DNA of 34,875 nucleotides from Bacteroidota bacterium (GCA_005883855.1 VBAU01000032.1:1751-36625); one strand, 5' to 3'. Counted from the stretch's first letter, positions 20,694 through 29,476 are shown. The notes: generated from the letters alone by a model not told the origin. Made by a program: numbers and translations.

Positions 20694-20881
20694 CCGCTGC
20701 TATTTCTTTCCCGTCCATTTCCACAATTGGAAGATTTCACTAATGGATATTTTCACAGTTTATACATGTGACTGATATGAAACAACAAGGCTATCAGTGC
20801 ACTTGATATTTTATAGACTCTTATAGTGGTCATGGCATGGTCATTGAAAACATTATAGTGTTTCACCCGAAAACTGTGAAT

Positions 20882-21298
20882 ATGAAACAGACTCTTATAA
20901 TAATGTCAGCGACTTTTTTATTTGCTACATGCAAACAAAAGACGGCTCAAACCGATTCAAATAGCTACCCCACCGATACGGCGGTATACAATAATTATCC
21001 TTCCGGTGGCGTGAGATATTCGTCCCCATATCATGGCAACGGAACAAGGGTTGGTTATCATTCCCGCACGTACGTGAGTAAATCAAATAATCCTTCGCGT
21101 TCAACGGTTGTGAAAAAGAAAGGCTGGAGCAGTGCCGCTAAAGGGACCGCGATTGGTGCAGCTTCGGGCGCTGTTCTGGGCGCCGTGTTGAGTAAGGATC
21201 ATCATCGTGCGAAAGGTGCGGTGATTGGTGGTGCAGCCGGAGCAGCAGGTGGCTATCTATACGGTAGACATCGTGACAAAAAGAATGGACGTTATTAA
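20882..21298 (+). CDS. Glycine-zipper lipoprotein
   Basis: It has a lipobox-like start (MKQTLIIMSATFLFATC). The C-terminus GTAIGAASGAVLGAVLS...GAVIGGAAGAAGGYLYG is a glycine-zipper motif. The track ORF begins at 20837, but ATG 20882 gives a proper signal peptide. Confidence 0.65.
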   Translation: MKQTLIIMSATFLFATCKQKTAQTDSNSYPTDTAVYNNYPSGGVRYSSPYHGNGTRVGYHSRTYVSKSNNPSRSTVVKKKGWSSAAKGTAIGAASGAVLGAVLSKDHHRAKGAVIGGAAGAAGGYLYGRHRDKKNGRY

Positions 21299-21319
21299 TA
21301 GCCCTATGCAAAAACGAAA

Positions 21320-21347
21320 AGGCGATGCTAAGCATCGCTTTTTTTTA
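21320..21347 (+). terminator. Rho-independent terminator after the glycine-zipper lipoprotein gene
   Basis: GCGATGC (21322-21328), loop TAA, GCATCGC (21332-21338), followed by TTTTTTTT (21339-21346). Confidence 0.7.
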
Positions 21348-21437
21348 TCTTTTAACGGCTCCCATTTGTGATTCTCCAACTCTCTCTTTTAACTTTATTT
21401 TATTTTGTGATATTTAAAATTTTTCAAAGCGAAACTT

Positions 21438-22151
21438 ATGAGTAATCTCAACAGTAAAGTCGCCTACATAACTGGGGGAAGCAAGGGTATTGGCTTCGGC
21501 ATTGCGAAAACTTTAGTCGATAATGGAATTAGGGTGGCGATCACAAGTAGAAGTATTAGCTCGGCAAAGGAGGCTGCCCAGTCGCTGAGTAATGATGCTT
21601 TAAGGGTGTTGGCGTTGGAATCGAATGTAACTTCTCTCGCGTCGGAAATCAAAGCTGTAAAGGCAGTTGTTGACTATTTCGGGAAGTTGGATGTAGTAGT
21701 TGCGAATGCCGGGGTAGGCCACTTTGCGCCAATTGACACGATTACAGAAAAAGACTGGAAAGAAACCATTGACACCAACCTGACGGGTGTTTTCAATACT
21801 GTAAGAGCCAGCGTGGAGGCATTGAAGAATTCAAAAGGATATGTCATCACCATCGCCAGCCTTGCGGGCGCAAATTTTTTTGAAAACGGCGCCGCTTACA
21901 ACGCAAGCAAGTTCGGACTGGTTGGTTTTAGCCAGGCCATCATGTTAGACCTTAGAAAATACGGCATAAAGGTCTGCACGATAATGCCAGGTTCCGTTGC
22001 TACTTACTTTAATGACCATGTTCCAAATGAGAGTGACTCATGGAAGATACAACCGGAAGATATTGGGCAGATCGTACTCGACCTTTTAAAAATGAACCCA
22101 CGAACTCTTCCAAGCAAAATAGAAGTGAGACCCTCGATGCCGCGGAAATAA
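21438..22151 (+). CDS. Short-chain dehydrogenase/reductase (classical SDR)
   Basis: 237 aa with the cofactor motif TGGSKGIGFGIA, NAGVG, and the catalytic YNASK with an upstream Ser (IASLAG). Confidence 0.9.
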   Translation: MSNLNSKVAYITGGSKGIGFGIAKTLVDNGIRVAITSRSISSAKEAAQSLSNDALRVLALESNVTSLASEIKAVKAVVDYFGKLDVVVANAGVGHFAPIDTITEKDWKETIDTNLTGVFNTVRASVEALKNSKGYVITIASLAGANFFENGAAYNASKFGLVGFSQAIMLDLRKYGIKVCTIMPGSVATYFNDHVPNESDSWKIQPEDIGQIVLDLLKMNPRTLPSKIEVRPSMPRK

Positions 22152-22210
22152 TGAAGTAACTTAGCAACATAATTTTTTGCCTCATTTAATTAACAACGGA
22201 ATTCCTGCGT

Positions 22211-22894
22211 ATGCCCGGGGAGCTAACAGAAACGAAAAGAGCTGGTAACGCCAACGACCAGATCATTCCTTACTACACTTTGAGAATTTTGATTGGAGCG
22301 GCAGGCATATCGCTTCCGATTCTTCTCGTCATTGGCAAGCTTATCGCTGAGAATTCATTTAGACTGGAATATTCTATCAGCGATTATTACGATAACTCAA
22401 CTGCCGGTGACATTCTTGTGGGCGTGCTGTTCTCCCTGGCTTTTTTTCTTGTATCTTACAAGGGTTATGCACGCATTGATAGCATCGCCGCGAACCTTGG
22501 ATGCGCATTTGCCCTTGGAGTAGCACTTTTTCCAACCACGAGCAAGAATACATTTGTTCACTACTCGCATTTCGTTTTTTCATTTTTGCTCTTTTCCGTA
22601 TTTATCTTTTTTTCCCTCTACCTGTTTAGAAAAAGCAGCCCACATCCGACAAAGCAAAAAAAGAACCGGAACAAGGTTTACCTCGTTTGTGGCATCCTCA
22701 TGATTCTTTGTATCGCTGGCATCGCCCTTTGCCAGATATTTAATATAGATGCGAATCTTCACCTTGTTTTCTGGCTCGAGTCACTTGCTCTCGCCTCCTT
22801 TGGATTCTCATGGATCACAAAGGCTGAAGTTGTCTTCCAGGACGAGTATAAAAAGGAGCCGGCTAGCAAGAAAGTCTTGCAGGTGGTTGCATAA
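22211..22894 (+). CDS. Hypothetical multi-pass membrane protein
   Basis: 227 aa with about 5-6 hydrophobic helices (ILIGAAGISLPILLVIG; ILVGVLFSLAFFLVSY; LGCAFALGVALFP; FVFSFLLFSVFIFFSLYLF; VYLVCGILMILCIAGIAL; LVFWLESLALASFGFSWI). I recognise no family with confidence. Confidence 0.6.
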   Translation: MPGELTETKRAGNANDQIIPYYTLRILIGAAGISLPILLVIGKLIAENSFRLEYSISDYYDNSTAGDILVGVLFSLAFFLVSYKGYARIDSIAANLGCAFALGVALFPTTSKNTFVHYSHFVFSFLLFSVFIFFSLYLFRKSSPHPTKQKKNRNKVYLVCGILMILCIAGIALCQIFNIDANLHLVFWLESLALASFGFSWITKAEVVFQDEYKKEPASKKVLQVVA

Positions 22895-22914
22895 ATGGTG
22901 CAGTGGCTTCGTCA

Positions 22915-22943
22915 ATAAAAAAGCTCATGAGTAATTCATGGGC
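22915..22943 (-). terminator. Terminator-like hairpin with a minus-strand U-tract, about 105 nt downstream of the DinB-family gene (possibly bidirectional)
   Basis: GCTCATGA (22923-22930) pairs with TCATGGGC (22936-22943), including one G.U, around a 5-nt loop. The minus-strand RNA is followed by UUUUUU (plus A 22917-22922). It lies 29 nt after the stop of the plus-strand membrane protein gene. Confidence 0.45.
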
Positions 22944-23047
22944 GGAGAAGGTTAGTTCGTAGAATCCTGGAATTCCAGTAGGATCGAGCAAATGATGAAG
23001 CAGGTCCATTTGACGAAGTTTCGCATGATCATACGCCAACGAATTAT

Positions 23048-23545
23048 TTAGTTAAAACTATTTTCATCAGCACTCGGACCATAACTTCCTGGAATCGGAA
23101 TACCTAATAACCGCAGATATACTCCCAGTTGTGCACGGTGGTGTATCTGCTGACTCAATGACATCCGGAGCACTTCAATTTTAGGATTGGTCGCATAAAT
23201 TGTAGCCCCATTTCTTAACGTCCATGGTTTCTCCAACTGTTTTTCATTCTCAGGTATAAGCGTTGCTAACCCTTCCGCGTAGCGCTTTTCAAAATAAGAG
23301 ATGAGGTCTGCACGGCTGTTGATAACCGGTTGCTCGTAGGGCTGGGCGAAATCAATTTCATCCGTATTAAACGTCATGGATATCCAGCCGGGCAGATCAG
23401 CGATGTGTGTGGCCAGCCTTTTCATATCCATACTTTTCGCGTGAGGCTTGTAGTCGAACTGATCTTCTGGAACCCGGGCCAGCATTTTTCGGGTAGTCGT
23501 AGCCTCATCCATAAACTGCCGCTTAAAAAATTCAATGAATGTCAT
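23048..23545 (-). CDS. DinB-superfamily (DinB_2-like) protein
   Basis: MTFIEFFKRQFMDEATTTRKMLARVPEDQFDYKPHAKSMDMKRLATHIADLPGW... and the HHRAQLGVYLRL C-terminal helix are typical of DinB/YfiT-like four-helix bundles. The track start at 23575 is a TTG; ATG 23545 is preferred. Confidence 0.8.
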   Translation of the reverse strand: MTFIEFFKRQFMDEATTTRKMLARVPEDQFDYKPHAKSMDMKRLATHIADLPGWISMTFNTDEIDFAQPYEQPVINSRADLISYFEKRYAEGLATLIPENEKQLEKPWTLRNGATIYATNPKIEVLRMSLSQQIHHRAQLGVYLRLLGIPIPGSYGPSADENSFN

Positions 23546-23591
23546 CGTGTTTTGTTTTGTACCACAAAGCAACAACCCACTAGTGACAGCC

Positions 23592-24560
23592 CTATGTCAG
23601 CAGCATCTGAGTTTGTTCCAATTTTCTTAAAATATTTTCTGCGGTCTCGGCTACAATCTCATTGAGCCTTACGGGTTCAACAATTTTGGCATGATCGCCA
23701 AATAACATGAACCATCGTGAAAACCCCATCAAAGACCCCGTCAAAAAAGTCATGCGCACATATTCGCCCATGCTTTCTTCTTTGACAAATCCATTGTAGT
23801 ACTTCTGTTCCCCCAGGTGTTTCACAATGTTCGCTTCAACATCGAGTACAACCTTGTGTACTTCTCTCTCGGAAGACATCTGGCTAATAAAACTCTGTAG
23901 CGATGGATGTGTTTTTGAAAACGTTTCTTCTGTAAAAACCAGCTTGTCAATTTGGTCCGTACGGAAATTCCGATAGTCATTCCTCAGTCGACAAAATGCA
24001 ATAAGATACCAATGGCTGCCCAGGTAATAAATACCGACTGGCTCGACCTTACGTGTGGTGGTTTCCTTCTTTTCAAGAGATGTGTAATCAATTTCAATGA
24101 CCGATGACTTGCTAATCGCTCTCAGTAATGGGTGAAGATGTAATTCTTCGCGCGGTTCGTGAACAATGGCAGGATGATTCATCACGGCGATATGCTGATC
24201 AATTTCCTCGATGTGGTCTTTTTCCGAATGTCTGAGTATAGCCTTAATCTTGTCGAGTGCAGAGGTATAATGTTTGGAAATGCTTGCGTCGGTCTTTGAC
24301 TGGACCAGCTTTGCCGCAGTTAGCAATGCTGATGCTTCGTCCTCGTTAAACATCACAGGTGGTAGTTTGTATCCCTCCATTAACCGATAACCTGTACCAG
24401 CTTCGCCAATTACCGGCACACCTCCTTCTTCGAGTGCATGTACATCGCGGTATACCGTGCGTAAGCTGATAGAAAATCTATCTGCAATTTCCCGAGCTTT
24501 TACCAGTCGCCTCGATTGAAGCTGAATCAGAATTGCCGAGAGACGATCAATACGATTCAT
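23592..24560 (-). CDS. YafY-family transcriptional regulator (N-terminal wHTH plus WYL domain)
   Basis: MNRIDRLSAILIQLQSRRLVKAREIADRFSISLRTVYRDVHALEEGGVPVIGEAGTGYRL is a canonical HTH_11/DeoR-like N-terminus. The central VEPVGIYYLGSHWYLIAFCRLRNDYRNFRTDQI is a WYL-domain core. The track start at 24644 adds 28 implausible residues; ATG 24560 is preferred. Confidence 0.85.
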   Translation of the reverse strand: MNRIDRLSAILIQLQSRRLVKAREIADRFSISLRTVYRDVHALEEGGVPVIGEAGTGYRLMEGYKLPPVMFNEDEASALLTAAKLVQSKTDASISKHYTSALDKIKAILRHSEKDHIEEIDQHIAVMNHPAIVHEPREELHLHPLLRAISKSSVIEIDYTSLEKKETTTRKVEPVGIYYLGSHWYLIAFCRLRNDYRNFRTDQIDKLVFTEETFSKTHPSLQSFISQMSSEREVHKVVLDVEANIVKHLGEQKYYNGFVKEESMGEYVRMTFLTGSLMGFSRWFMLFGDHAKIVEPVRLNEIVAETAENILRKLEQTQMLLT

Positions 24561-24688
24561 AGATGGTAAAGGTAATCGGAAATGAGTAATGCAATTGGGG
24601 GCGTGAGCCATTAAGGCGACGTTCAAATTACCCCAATCTTTCAATTTTTCATTATAGGTATTTTCGTTAATTTCCAGAAAGCGTTTTT

Positions 24689-25069
24689 ATGAAAGTGATC
24701 ACACTTCTTCTGCTCGTTTTAGTTTTCGGCAAAGGGTATTCTCAAACTGATGTCGCCACATATGGATACGTGGATTCAGTCACATTTAGAGAAGCTGAGG
24801 TGCATCCTGCACCGATGGGCGGCCTGTCGGCCTGGGAAGCATTTCTTAAAAAAGAGATGCGGCATGTCGGCCTACCCGGAACGGTGATCGTTGAATTCAC
24901 CGTTAATAAAGATGACCCCACTCCAACCAATATAAAGATTTATAGGTCAGATAAGGCAGCGTTGAATAATGAAGCAATCAGAATAATTAAAAAATCGCGA
25001 TGGGTACCTGCTCTGGCAAACGGGAAAACTGTAAACTACAGAACGCGTGAGGAGATCGAATTTAAGTAG
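24689..25069 (+). CDS. Secreted TonB C-terminal-domain-like protein
   Basis: 126 aa with a signal peptide (MKVITLLLLVLVFGKGYSQ). PAPMGGLSAWEAFLKKEMRHVGLPGTVIVEFTVNKDD...NEAIRIIKKSRWVPALANGKTV fits the TonB_C fold pattern. Confidence 0.7.
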   Translation: MKVITLLLLVLVFGKGYSQTDVATYGYVDSVTFREAEVHPAPMGGLSAWEAFLKKEMRHVGLPGTVIVEFTVNKDDPTPTNIKIYRSDKAALNNEAIRIIKKSRWVPALANGKTVNYRTREEIEFK

Positions 25070-25132
25070 CAATACCTAAACCGACACAGTGCAGGCTTCT
25101 TTTCACTAACATGATGAATCGGTTCAATAAAA

Positions 25133-25154
25133 AAGGGCATCAAACGATGCCCTT
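25133..25154. terminator. Bidirectional terminator hairpin between the convergent TonB-C-like and SWIB genes
   Basis: AAGGGCATC (25133-25141), loop AAAC, GATGCCCTT (25146-25154). It is A-rich upstream and T-rich downstream, so it can serve either strand. Confidence 0.55.
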
Positions 25155-25180
25155 AAATGTTTTATGCAAATCGTCATTGC

Positions 25181-25540
25181 TTATTTCAAATGCTTTGAAA
25201 GATGCTTTGCCATATCAAACATAGACACCTGGCCCTTTCCAGCGAACACAGCTTTCAAATTACCATCGGCATTGATCATGCGTCTATTCTTCGCATCTTG
25301 CAAATTATTTTTCCGGATGTATTCCCACATTTTTTTCACGGCCTCCGTGCGAGGAACGGGTTTATTTCCGATAACTGCTGCCAGATCGCCACTTGGCGTG
25401 AGTGGCCTCATGAATGCAGGGTTCGGCTTACGTTTCTTTTTTGGAGCAGCTTTTTTCACAACTTTTTTAGGTGCAGCTTTTTTGGGTTTAGCTTTTTTAG
25501 CAACTTTCTTCGTTGCCTTCTTTGCTTTTTTTGTTGCCAT
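25181..25540 (-). CDS. SWIB/MDM2-domain protein with a histone-H1-like Lys/Ala/Pro-rich N-terminal tail
   Basis: 119 aa. Residues 1-40 read MATKKAKKATKKVAKKAKPKKAAPKKVVKKAAPKKKRKPN. The rest, LTPSGDLAAVIGNKPVPRTEAVKKMWEYIRKNNLQDAKNRRMINADGNLKAVFAGKGQVSMFDMAKHLSKHL, matches the SWIB/MDM2 pattern. Confidence 0.85.
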   Translation of the reverse strand: MATKKAKKATKKVAKKAKPKKAAPKKVVKKAAPKKKRKPNPAFMRPLTPSGDLAAVIGNKPVPRTEAVKKMWEYIRKNNLQDAKNRRMINADGNLKAVFAGKGQVSMFDMAKHLSKHLK

Positions 25541-25690
25541 GTTTTTTGAGTTTTGAATTTGAATGGGAGTCTTGTTAAATTAATGATGAATATAGCACTA
25601 TTTCTCATACGTCAAAATCTTTCCCGGGCAGGTGTTAATAAGTAGCCGTTTGCTATGAATAATGACCCTGTTTCCCCAATGAAAAATGGG

Positions 25691-27028
25691 TCAATTATCT
25701 ACCTCGCGAACCAATGGGCGATTATCGCTCGGGTCTCTTTTTTCGTACTCAATTTGGAACCGTGAAAGTTGGGGTGGATAACGGCGATTACGCCTTAACT
25801 CATATTGATATACCGTCTGTCCCAACTGGTAAAGGAATGGATAACCGATAGTGTCGTAATCATACTTATTATCATTAAGTATCCCGTCGCTATTCACATA
25901 AACCGTTGCCGTCAACATAAATTCCACCTTGTTGGCAAAGTCTGCGACATATGAAACGTCGGTGAGGAAACCATATGCCCACCCCACTTTATTGAAAACA
26001 CGAACGCCCGGGGGCATCTGGTGGGAACCATACTTGAAAAAAAATTTTACGTAGCTGTCGTAATATTTACTGCTGTCGTATTTAGGATAATTGGTCTCTG
26101 AAGGAAATTGAGATAGGTATTGATACAAAAAATTGTAATCATCTTTTGTAAAGTCAAATCGCTGGCCCTTAGAAACCGATTCCGGAAATAAAACCGATTG
26201 TAGCAACTGCTGCAAATCTTCGATTGACAGATTGTTGGCATAAGTAAAATCGATTGGTTCATTAACCAGCCTGTCGTTACTATCAAAATGAGCCTTGCCG
26301 ATTTTAACTTCATGAGGGAAATAAAACGAATCGGGATTGTAAGCGGCAGGTTGAAGATAGATCAGCCGGCTATCGTCCCCGATAAATCTTATTGGATTTG
26401 TGTGACGGTTTTGTTCCGGGGTGAATCCCATAAATTGCCGGGTGATGCGCATGTCGGTATAGCCTTTCTCGCGTAAAGACCGGTTGATCGTTTGTTGCCC
26501 AACAAACTGGTACATGCGGTTGTAGGCATCGTTATCGCTAACTAGCAACGCTTTTTTAATAAAATGCGCGATGGAAGGGAGGCGGTTTTGGCAGGTGCTG
26601 TCCGAATGCAATTTGACTTGTTTCTCATAACTGCTGTCAAATTGCATTGCGGAGAACTTTGTCACACCATCAATACGCATTTTGTTCAATTTTTCCAAAG
26701 ACAAAAATGCCAAAGGCAGCTTTACCGTCGAGGCAGGGTTAAAGTACAAGTCAGGATCGTAATTGAAGTAGTAATTCTTAAAGGATGGCGTATTGCGCTT
26801 ATCCCTGTTTATTTGCGTGTAAATAATCTGAAGGCGATAGGTTTGAGGATCGCGCAGCACCTGCTGAAAAATTTCATTTTTATTATTCGCGAGAATGGTC
26901 ATCAAAAAACTATCGGTTCTGGGCTGAGCAATTAATCTTGCAGAGAGAACAAGAAAAATAATCAACAACGGAAGCCAGTTCGGGCTATTAATGATTTGGG
27001 GTGAATAATGCTTGTGTTTGCGGTTCAT
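25691..27028 (-). CDS. Serine hydrolase of the class A beta-lactamase / penicillin-binding-like family
   Basis: 445 aa with an N-terminal anchor (WLPLLIIFLVLSARLIAQ). It has an SxxK motif (ASTVKLPLAF), an SDN motif (LLVSDNDAYN) and a KxG-like motif (NKVGWAYG). Confidence 0.7.
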   Translation of the reverse strand: MNRKHKHYSPQIINSPNWLPLLIIFLVLSARLIAQPRTDSFLMTILANNKNEIFQQVLRDPQTYRLQIIYTQINRDKRNTPSFKNYYFNYDPDLYFNPASTVKLPLAFLSLEKLNKMRIDGVTKFSAMQFDSSYEKQVKLHSDSTCQNRLPSIAHFIKKALLVSDNDAYNRMYQFVGQQTINRSLREKGYTDMRITRQFMGFTPEQNRHTNPIRFIGDDSRLIYLQPAAYNPDSFYFPHEVKIGKAHFDSNDRLVNEPIDFTYANNLSIEDLQQLLQSVLFPESVSKGQRFDFTKDDYNFLYQYLSQFPSETNYPKYDSSKYYDSYVKFFFKYGSHQMPPGVRVFNKVGWAYGFLTDVSYVADFANKVEFMLTATVYVNSDGILNDNKYDYDTIGYPFLYQLGQTVYQYELRRNRRYPPQLSRFQIEYEKRDPSDNRPLVREVDN

Positions 27029-27197
27029 TCACTCAAAGAAATAAAAAATGCCCAACATGGAGAAAATTGAGCATGTCTATTCATATGGAATTTTTTACCT
27101 GCTTTGATTGACTAATTGTGCCTGCGTGCACTTGTGCGTACAGCTTCGTTTGCGGGCTCGGAACGCTCCTCAGGTCCTTTTGTCCGAGCCTTTTACC

Positions 27198-27228
27198 GAA
27201 ACAAAAATCCCGTTGAGCGGCGGGATAC
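27198..27228 (-). terminator. Rho-independent terminator after the LolA-like gene
   Basis: The minus-strand RNA reads AUCCCG-ccgcucaa-CGGGAU-UUUUGUUU. Arms are at 27221-27226 and 27207-27212, starting 4 nt after the stop codon (27231-27233). Confidence 0.55.
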
Positions 27229-27230
27229 TT

Positions 27231-27938
27231 TTACTGCTTGTCGAAAATCTTTTCATCTACCGGGACATTCAATTCGACCTTATCGAAATGAATTTCCTGG
27301 AAGGTTTGTCCACCTGATTTCTGTACAATGGCCGTGTTAAACTTAACCCCTCCAAACTCTTTTGGATCATTCAAATATGTTTCGATTTCCATGTCCTGGC
27401 CCATCAGGTTTCTCTTTCCAACCACCTTGACTGCCATGAAACTGGTTGCGTCGACATAGTAAGTGGTTTCCTTGTTGTCGGCTTCAGTAAGCTTGATCTT
27501 ATAAGCCTTCGCACCGCTAACATCTTCCTGGCCTTGCAGCTCAACTTTACATCCGCGGGCTTTATAATCCATCAATTGGCTGGCTAAAGAACTTTGTGTT
27601 TTCATATCACTTAGTTCCGGGGCCGTAGCGTCTGTCGCCGTTGCGGCACCTGCAAAAGGATTAATCTTCCAGCCTTTCCCGTCTTTGTATGAAGTTGTAA
27701 CCGACTGACCCATGACCTCGACGTCCGATCTCATTGCTTTCCCATTGATGATCTGAATGGTGACCGGGAGGTCCATGCCCTGCGCTGAAACCGTACCGCT
27801 CATCTTAGCGGTCTTTACCTTATTAAAGTTGTCAAGTCCACCCATCGCCTTCGCATATTTTTGAATGACTTCATCCGCGGTTTGTGCCTGCGTCGACAAA
27901 GACACGAAAGCCAGCAAACCAAAAAATATTTTCTTCAT
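27231..27938 (-). CDS. Secreted LolA-like / outer-membrane-lipoprotein-sorting-family protein (hypothetical)
   Basis: It has a signal peptide (MKKIFFGLLAFVSLSTQAQ). The beta-rich body begins ADEVIQKYAKAMGGLDNFNKVKT, as in many Bacteroidota LolA-fold hypotheticals. The track start at 27944 is a TTG; ATG 27938 is preferred. Confidence 0.5.
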   Translation of the reverse strand: MKKIFFGLLAFVSLSTQAQTADEVIQKYAKAMGGLDNFNKVKTAKMSGTVSAQGMDLPVTIQIINGKAMRSDVEVMGQSVTTSYKDGKGWKINPFAGAATATDATAPELSDMKTQSSLASQLMDYKARGCKVELQGQEDVSGAKAYKIKLTEADNKETTYYVDATSFMAVKVVGKRNLMGQDMEIETYLNDPKEFGGVKFNTAIVQKSGGQTFQEIHFDKVELNVPVDEKIFDKQ

Positions 27939-28057
27939 GATCAAATGTTTTTTAGAAGGCGAAAGTAGGAAGTTTTGTCAACGATTTGGACGATTTGTGT
28001 AAGCGAAAAAGCCATTCAAGTGATGAATGGCTCGTATTAAATTTTGCATACATAGGC

Positions 28058-29476
28058 TTAAGGGAATATTCCCAACTCTGCATAACTGGTTCCTACCTTA
28101 TTAATGGCCACAACGAATGCGGCCGTACGCATATCCGGAATTTGCGGATTGCTTTTCCATACCTCCACAATTTCACGAGTGGCTGTTATCATGGTTTCCT
28201 CAAGACCGCTATAAACGAGGTCCACCTCATCAGCGCCATGCATGATAAATTCTTTCTCTTCCAAATCTATTTTTTTACCACTCAGTGCCTCGATTTGACC
28301 AATGATATGAGCATTCATGTTTTCAGTAAACCTTTTTTCCATGCGTCCGTAACGAACATGGCTTAGATTTTTCAGCCATTCAAAATACGAAACCGTCACA
28401 CCTCCCGCATTTAAGTACATGTCCGGTACAACAAGTGTTCCTTTCTGGGCAAATATTTCATCCGCCTCCGGAGTTAAGGGCCCATTGGCTGCCTCGCCGA
28501 TTATTTTTGCTTTCACCTTTGGAGCATTTTCTTCATCAATAACGTTTTCGAGAGCCGCAGGAATCAGGATTTCACAATCCATTTCCAAAGCATCCGCGTT
28601 TTTCGCAAAATTTTTAGCGCCCGGGAAATTCAGGATAGTACCTGTCTTTCTACGATTTTGAAAAACATCGTCAACGTCCAACCCTTCCTCATTATAAATC
28701 GCTCCCTCGTATTCGGCAAGACCAATGATTTTGGCTCCGGCATCCTGGAAGAATTTCGCCGTATGGTACCCCACATTTCCCAAGCCCTGCACAACTACGC
28801 GTTTCCCTTCAACGCCCACGCTTACTCCAACTTTCTTCATAACGTCGGGCATGCAGCAAACTTGCCTCAATCCAAAAAATACCCCAAGACCTGTAGCCTC
28901 CCGCCGACCACGAACACCTCCCTGGGTCACGGGCTTACCCGTTACACAACCTGCGGCATCAATTTCGCCCGGGCGTAAGCTTGAGTAGGTGTCCAGAATC
29001 CAGGACATCTCTCGCTCACCGGTCCCATAGTCAGGGGCTGGCACATCTGTACCCGGACCAATAAAATTCTTCTTTATCAATTCTGCTGTGTAGCGTCGAG
29101 TGATTTTTTCCAACTCGTAAGCAGAATATTTTTTAGGATCAACTTTGATTCCACCCTTGCCACCGCCAAACGGAACGTTCACAATGGCGCACTTGTAAGT
29201 CATCAACGCGGCGAGGGCCATTACCTCATCCTGGTTTACTTCAGCTGCAAACCGAATCCCTCCCTTGCACGGAGTTTTGTGTTGCGAATGCTGGACCCGG
29301 TACGCTTCTATCACTTCAATTCTTCCATCATCCATTTTTACCGGGAACTTCATTTGATACACGGCGTTGCATTCCTTGATTTGTTCCAATACTCCAGGGT
29401 CCCACTTTGTAAAAGCCGCGGCTTTATCAAAGGCTTTATTTACGTTTTCAAAAAAACTATAGTGCTTCTCTGACAT
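28058..29476 (-). CDS. gdhA: Glutamate dehydrogenase (Glu/Leu/Phe/Val dehydrogenase family)
   Basis: 472 aa with the catalytic-region motifs KGGIRF and [10 protein letters not shown], and a dinucleotide-binding [10 protein letters not shown]. Confidence 0.92.
   Translation of the reverse strand: MSEKHYSFFENVNKAFDKAAAFTKWDPGVLEQIKECNAVYQMKFPVKMDDGRIEVIEAYRVQHSQHKTPCKGGIRFAAEVNQDEVMALAALMTYKCAIVNVPFGGGKGGIKVDPKKYSAYELEKITRRYTAELIKKNFIGPGTDVPAPDYGTGEREMSWILDTYSSLRPGEIDAAGCVTGKPVTQGGVRGRREATGLGVFFGLRQVCCMPDVMKKVGVSVGVEGKRVVVQGLGNVGYHTAKFFQDAGAKIIGLAEYEGAIYNEEGLDVDDVFQNRRKTGTILNFPGAKNFAKNADALEMDCEILIPAALENVIDEENAPKVKAKIIGEAANGPLTPEADEIFAQKGTLVVPDMYLNAGGVTVSYFEWLKNLSHVRYGRMEKRFTENMNAHIIGQIEALSGKKIDLEEKEFIMHGADEVDLVYSGLEETMITATREIVEVWKSNPQIPDMRTAAFVVAINKVGTSYAELGIFP

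Noticed and set aside
18043-20740. Long antisense ORFs 18043..18555 (170 aa), 19329..19610 and 20090..20740 (216 aa)
   Set aside because: They lie opposite the OCD-family, PLP-enzyme and nucleoside-hydrolase-like genes, all of which have clear family motifs. The antisense translations have none.
20837-20881. N-terminal extensions given by the ORF track at 20837-20881, 23546-23575, 24561-24644, 27939-27944, 29809-29865 and 30465-30605
   Set aside because: In each case an internal ATG gives a canonical N-terminus (signal peptide, lipobox, wHTH or TM1). Several of the upstream starts are TTG/GTG. Only the ccmC extension (ATG 30605) remains open, and it is discussed as a finding.
25164-25556. 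Plus-strand ORFs 25164..25556 and 25202..25549, and the apparent short tandem repetition of AAAGC/TTTTT units at 25430-25540
   Set aside because: The repetition is the coding low-complexity Lys/Ala/Pro tail of the SWIB protein on the minus strand. The plus-strand Phe-rich ORFs are its complement. It is not a repeat element or a CRISPR-like array.
27146-27195. Hairpin GGCTCGGA (27155-27162) / TCCGAGCC (27183-27190) followed by TTTT on the plus strand, which looks like a plus-strand terminator
   Set aside because: No plus-strand gene ends upstream of it, because both neighbours are on the minus strand. The 20-nt loop is long for an intrinsic terminator. It most likely belongs to the serine-hydrolase promoter/leader region or is fortuitous.
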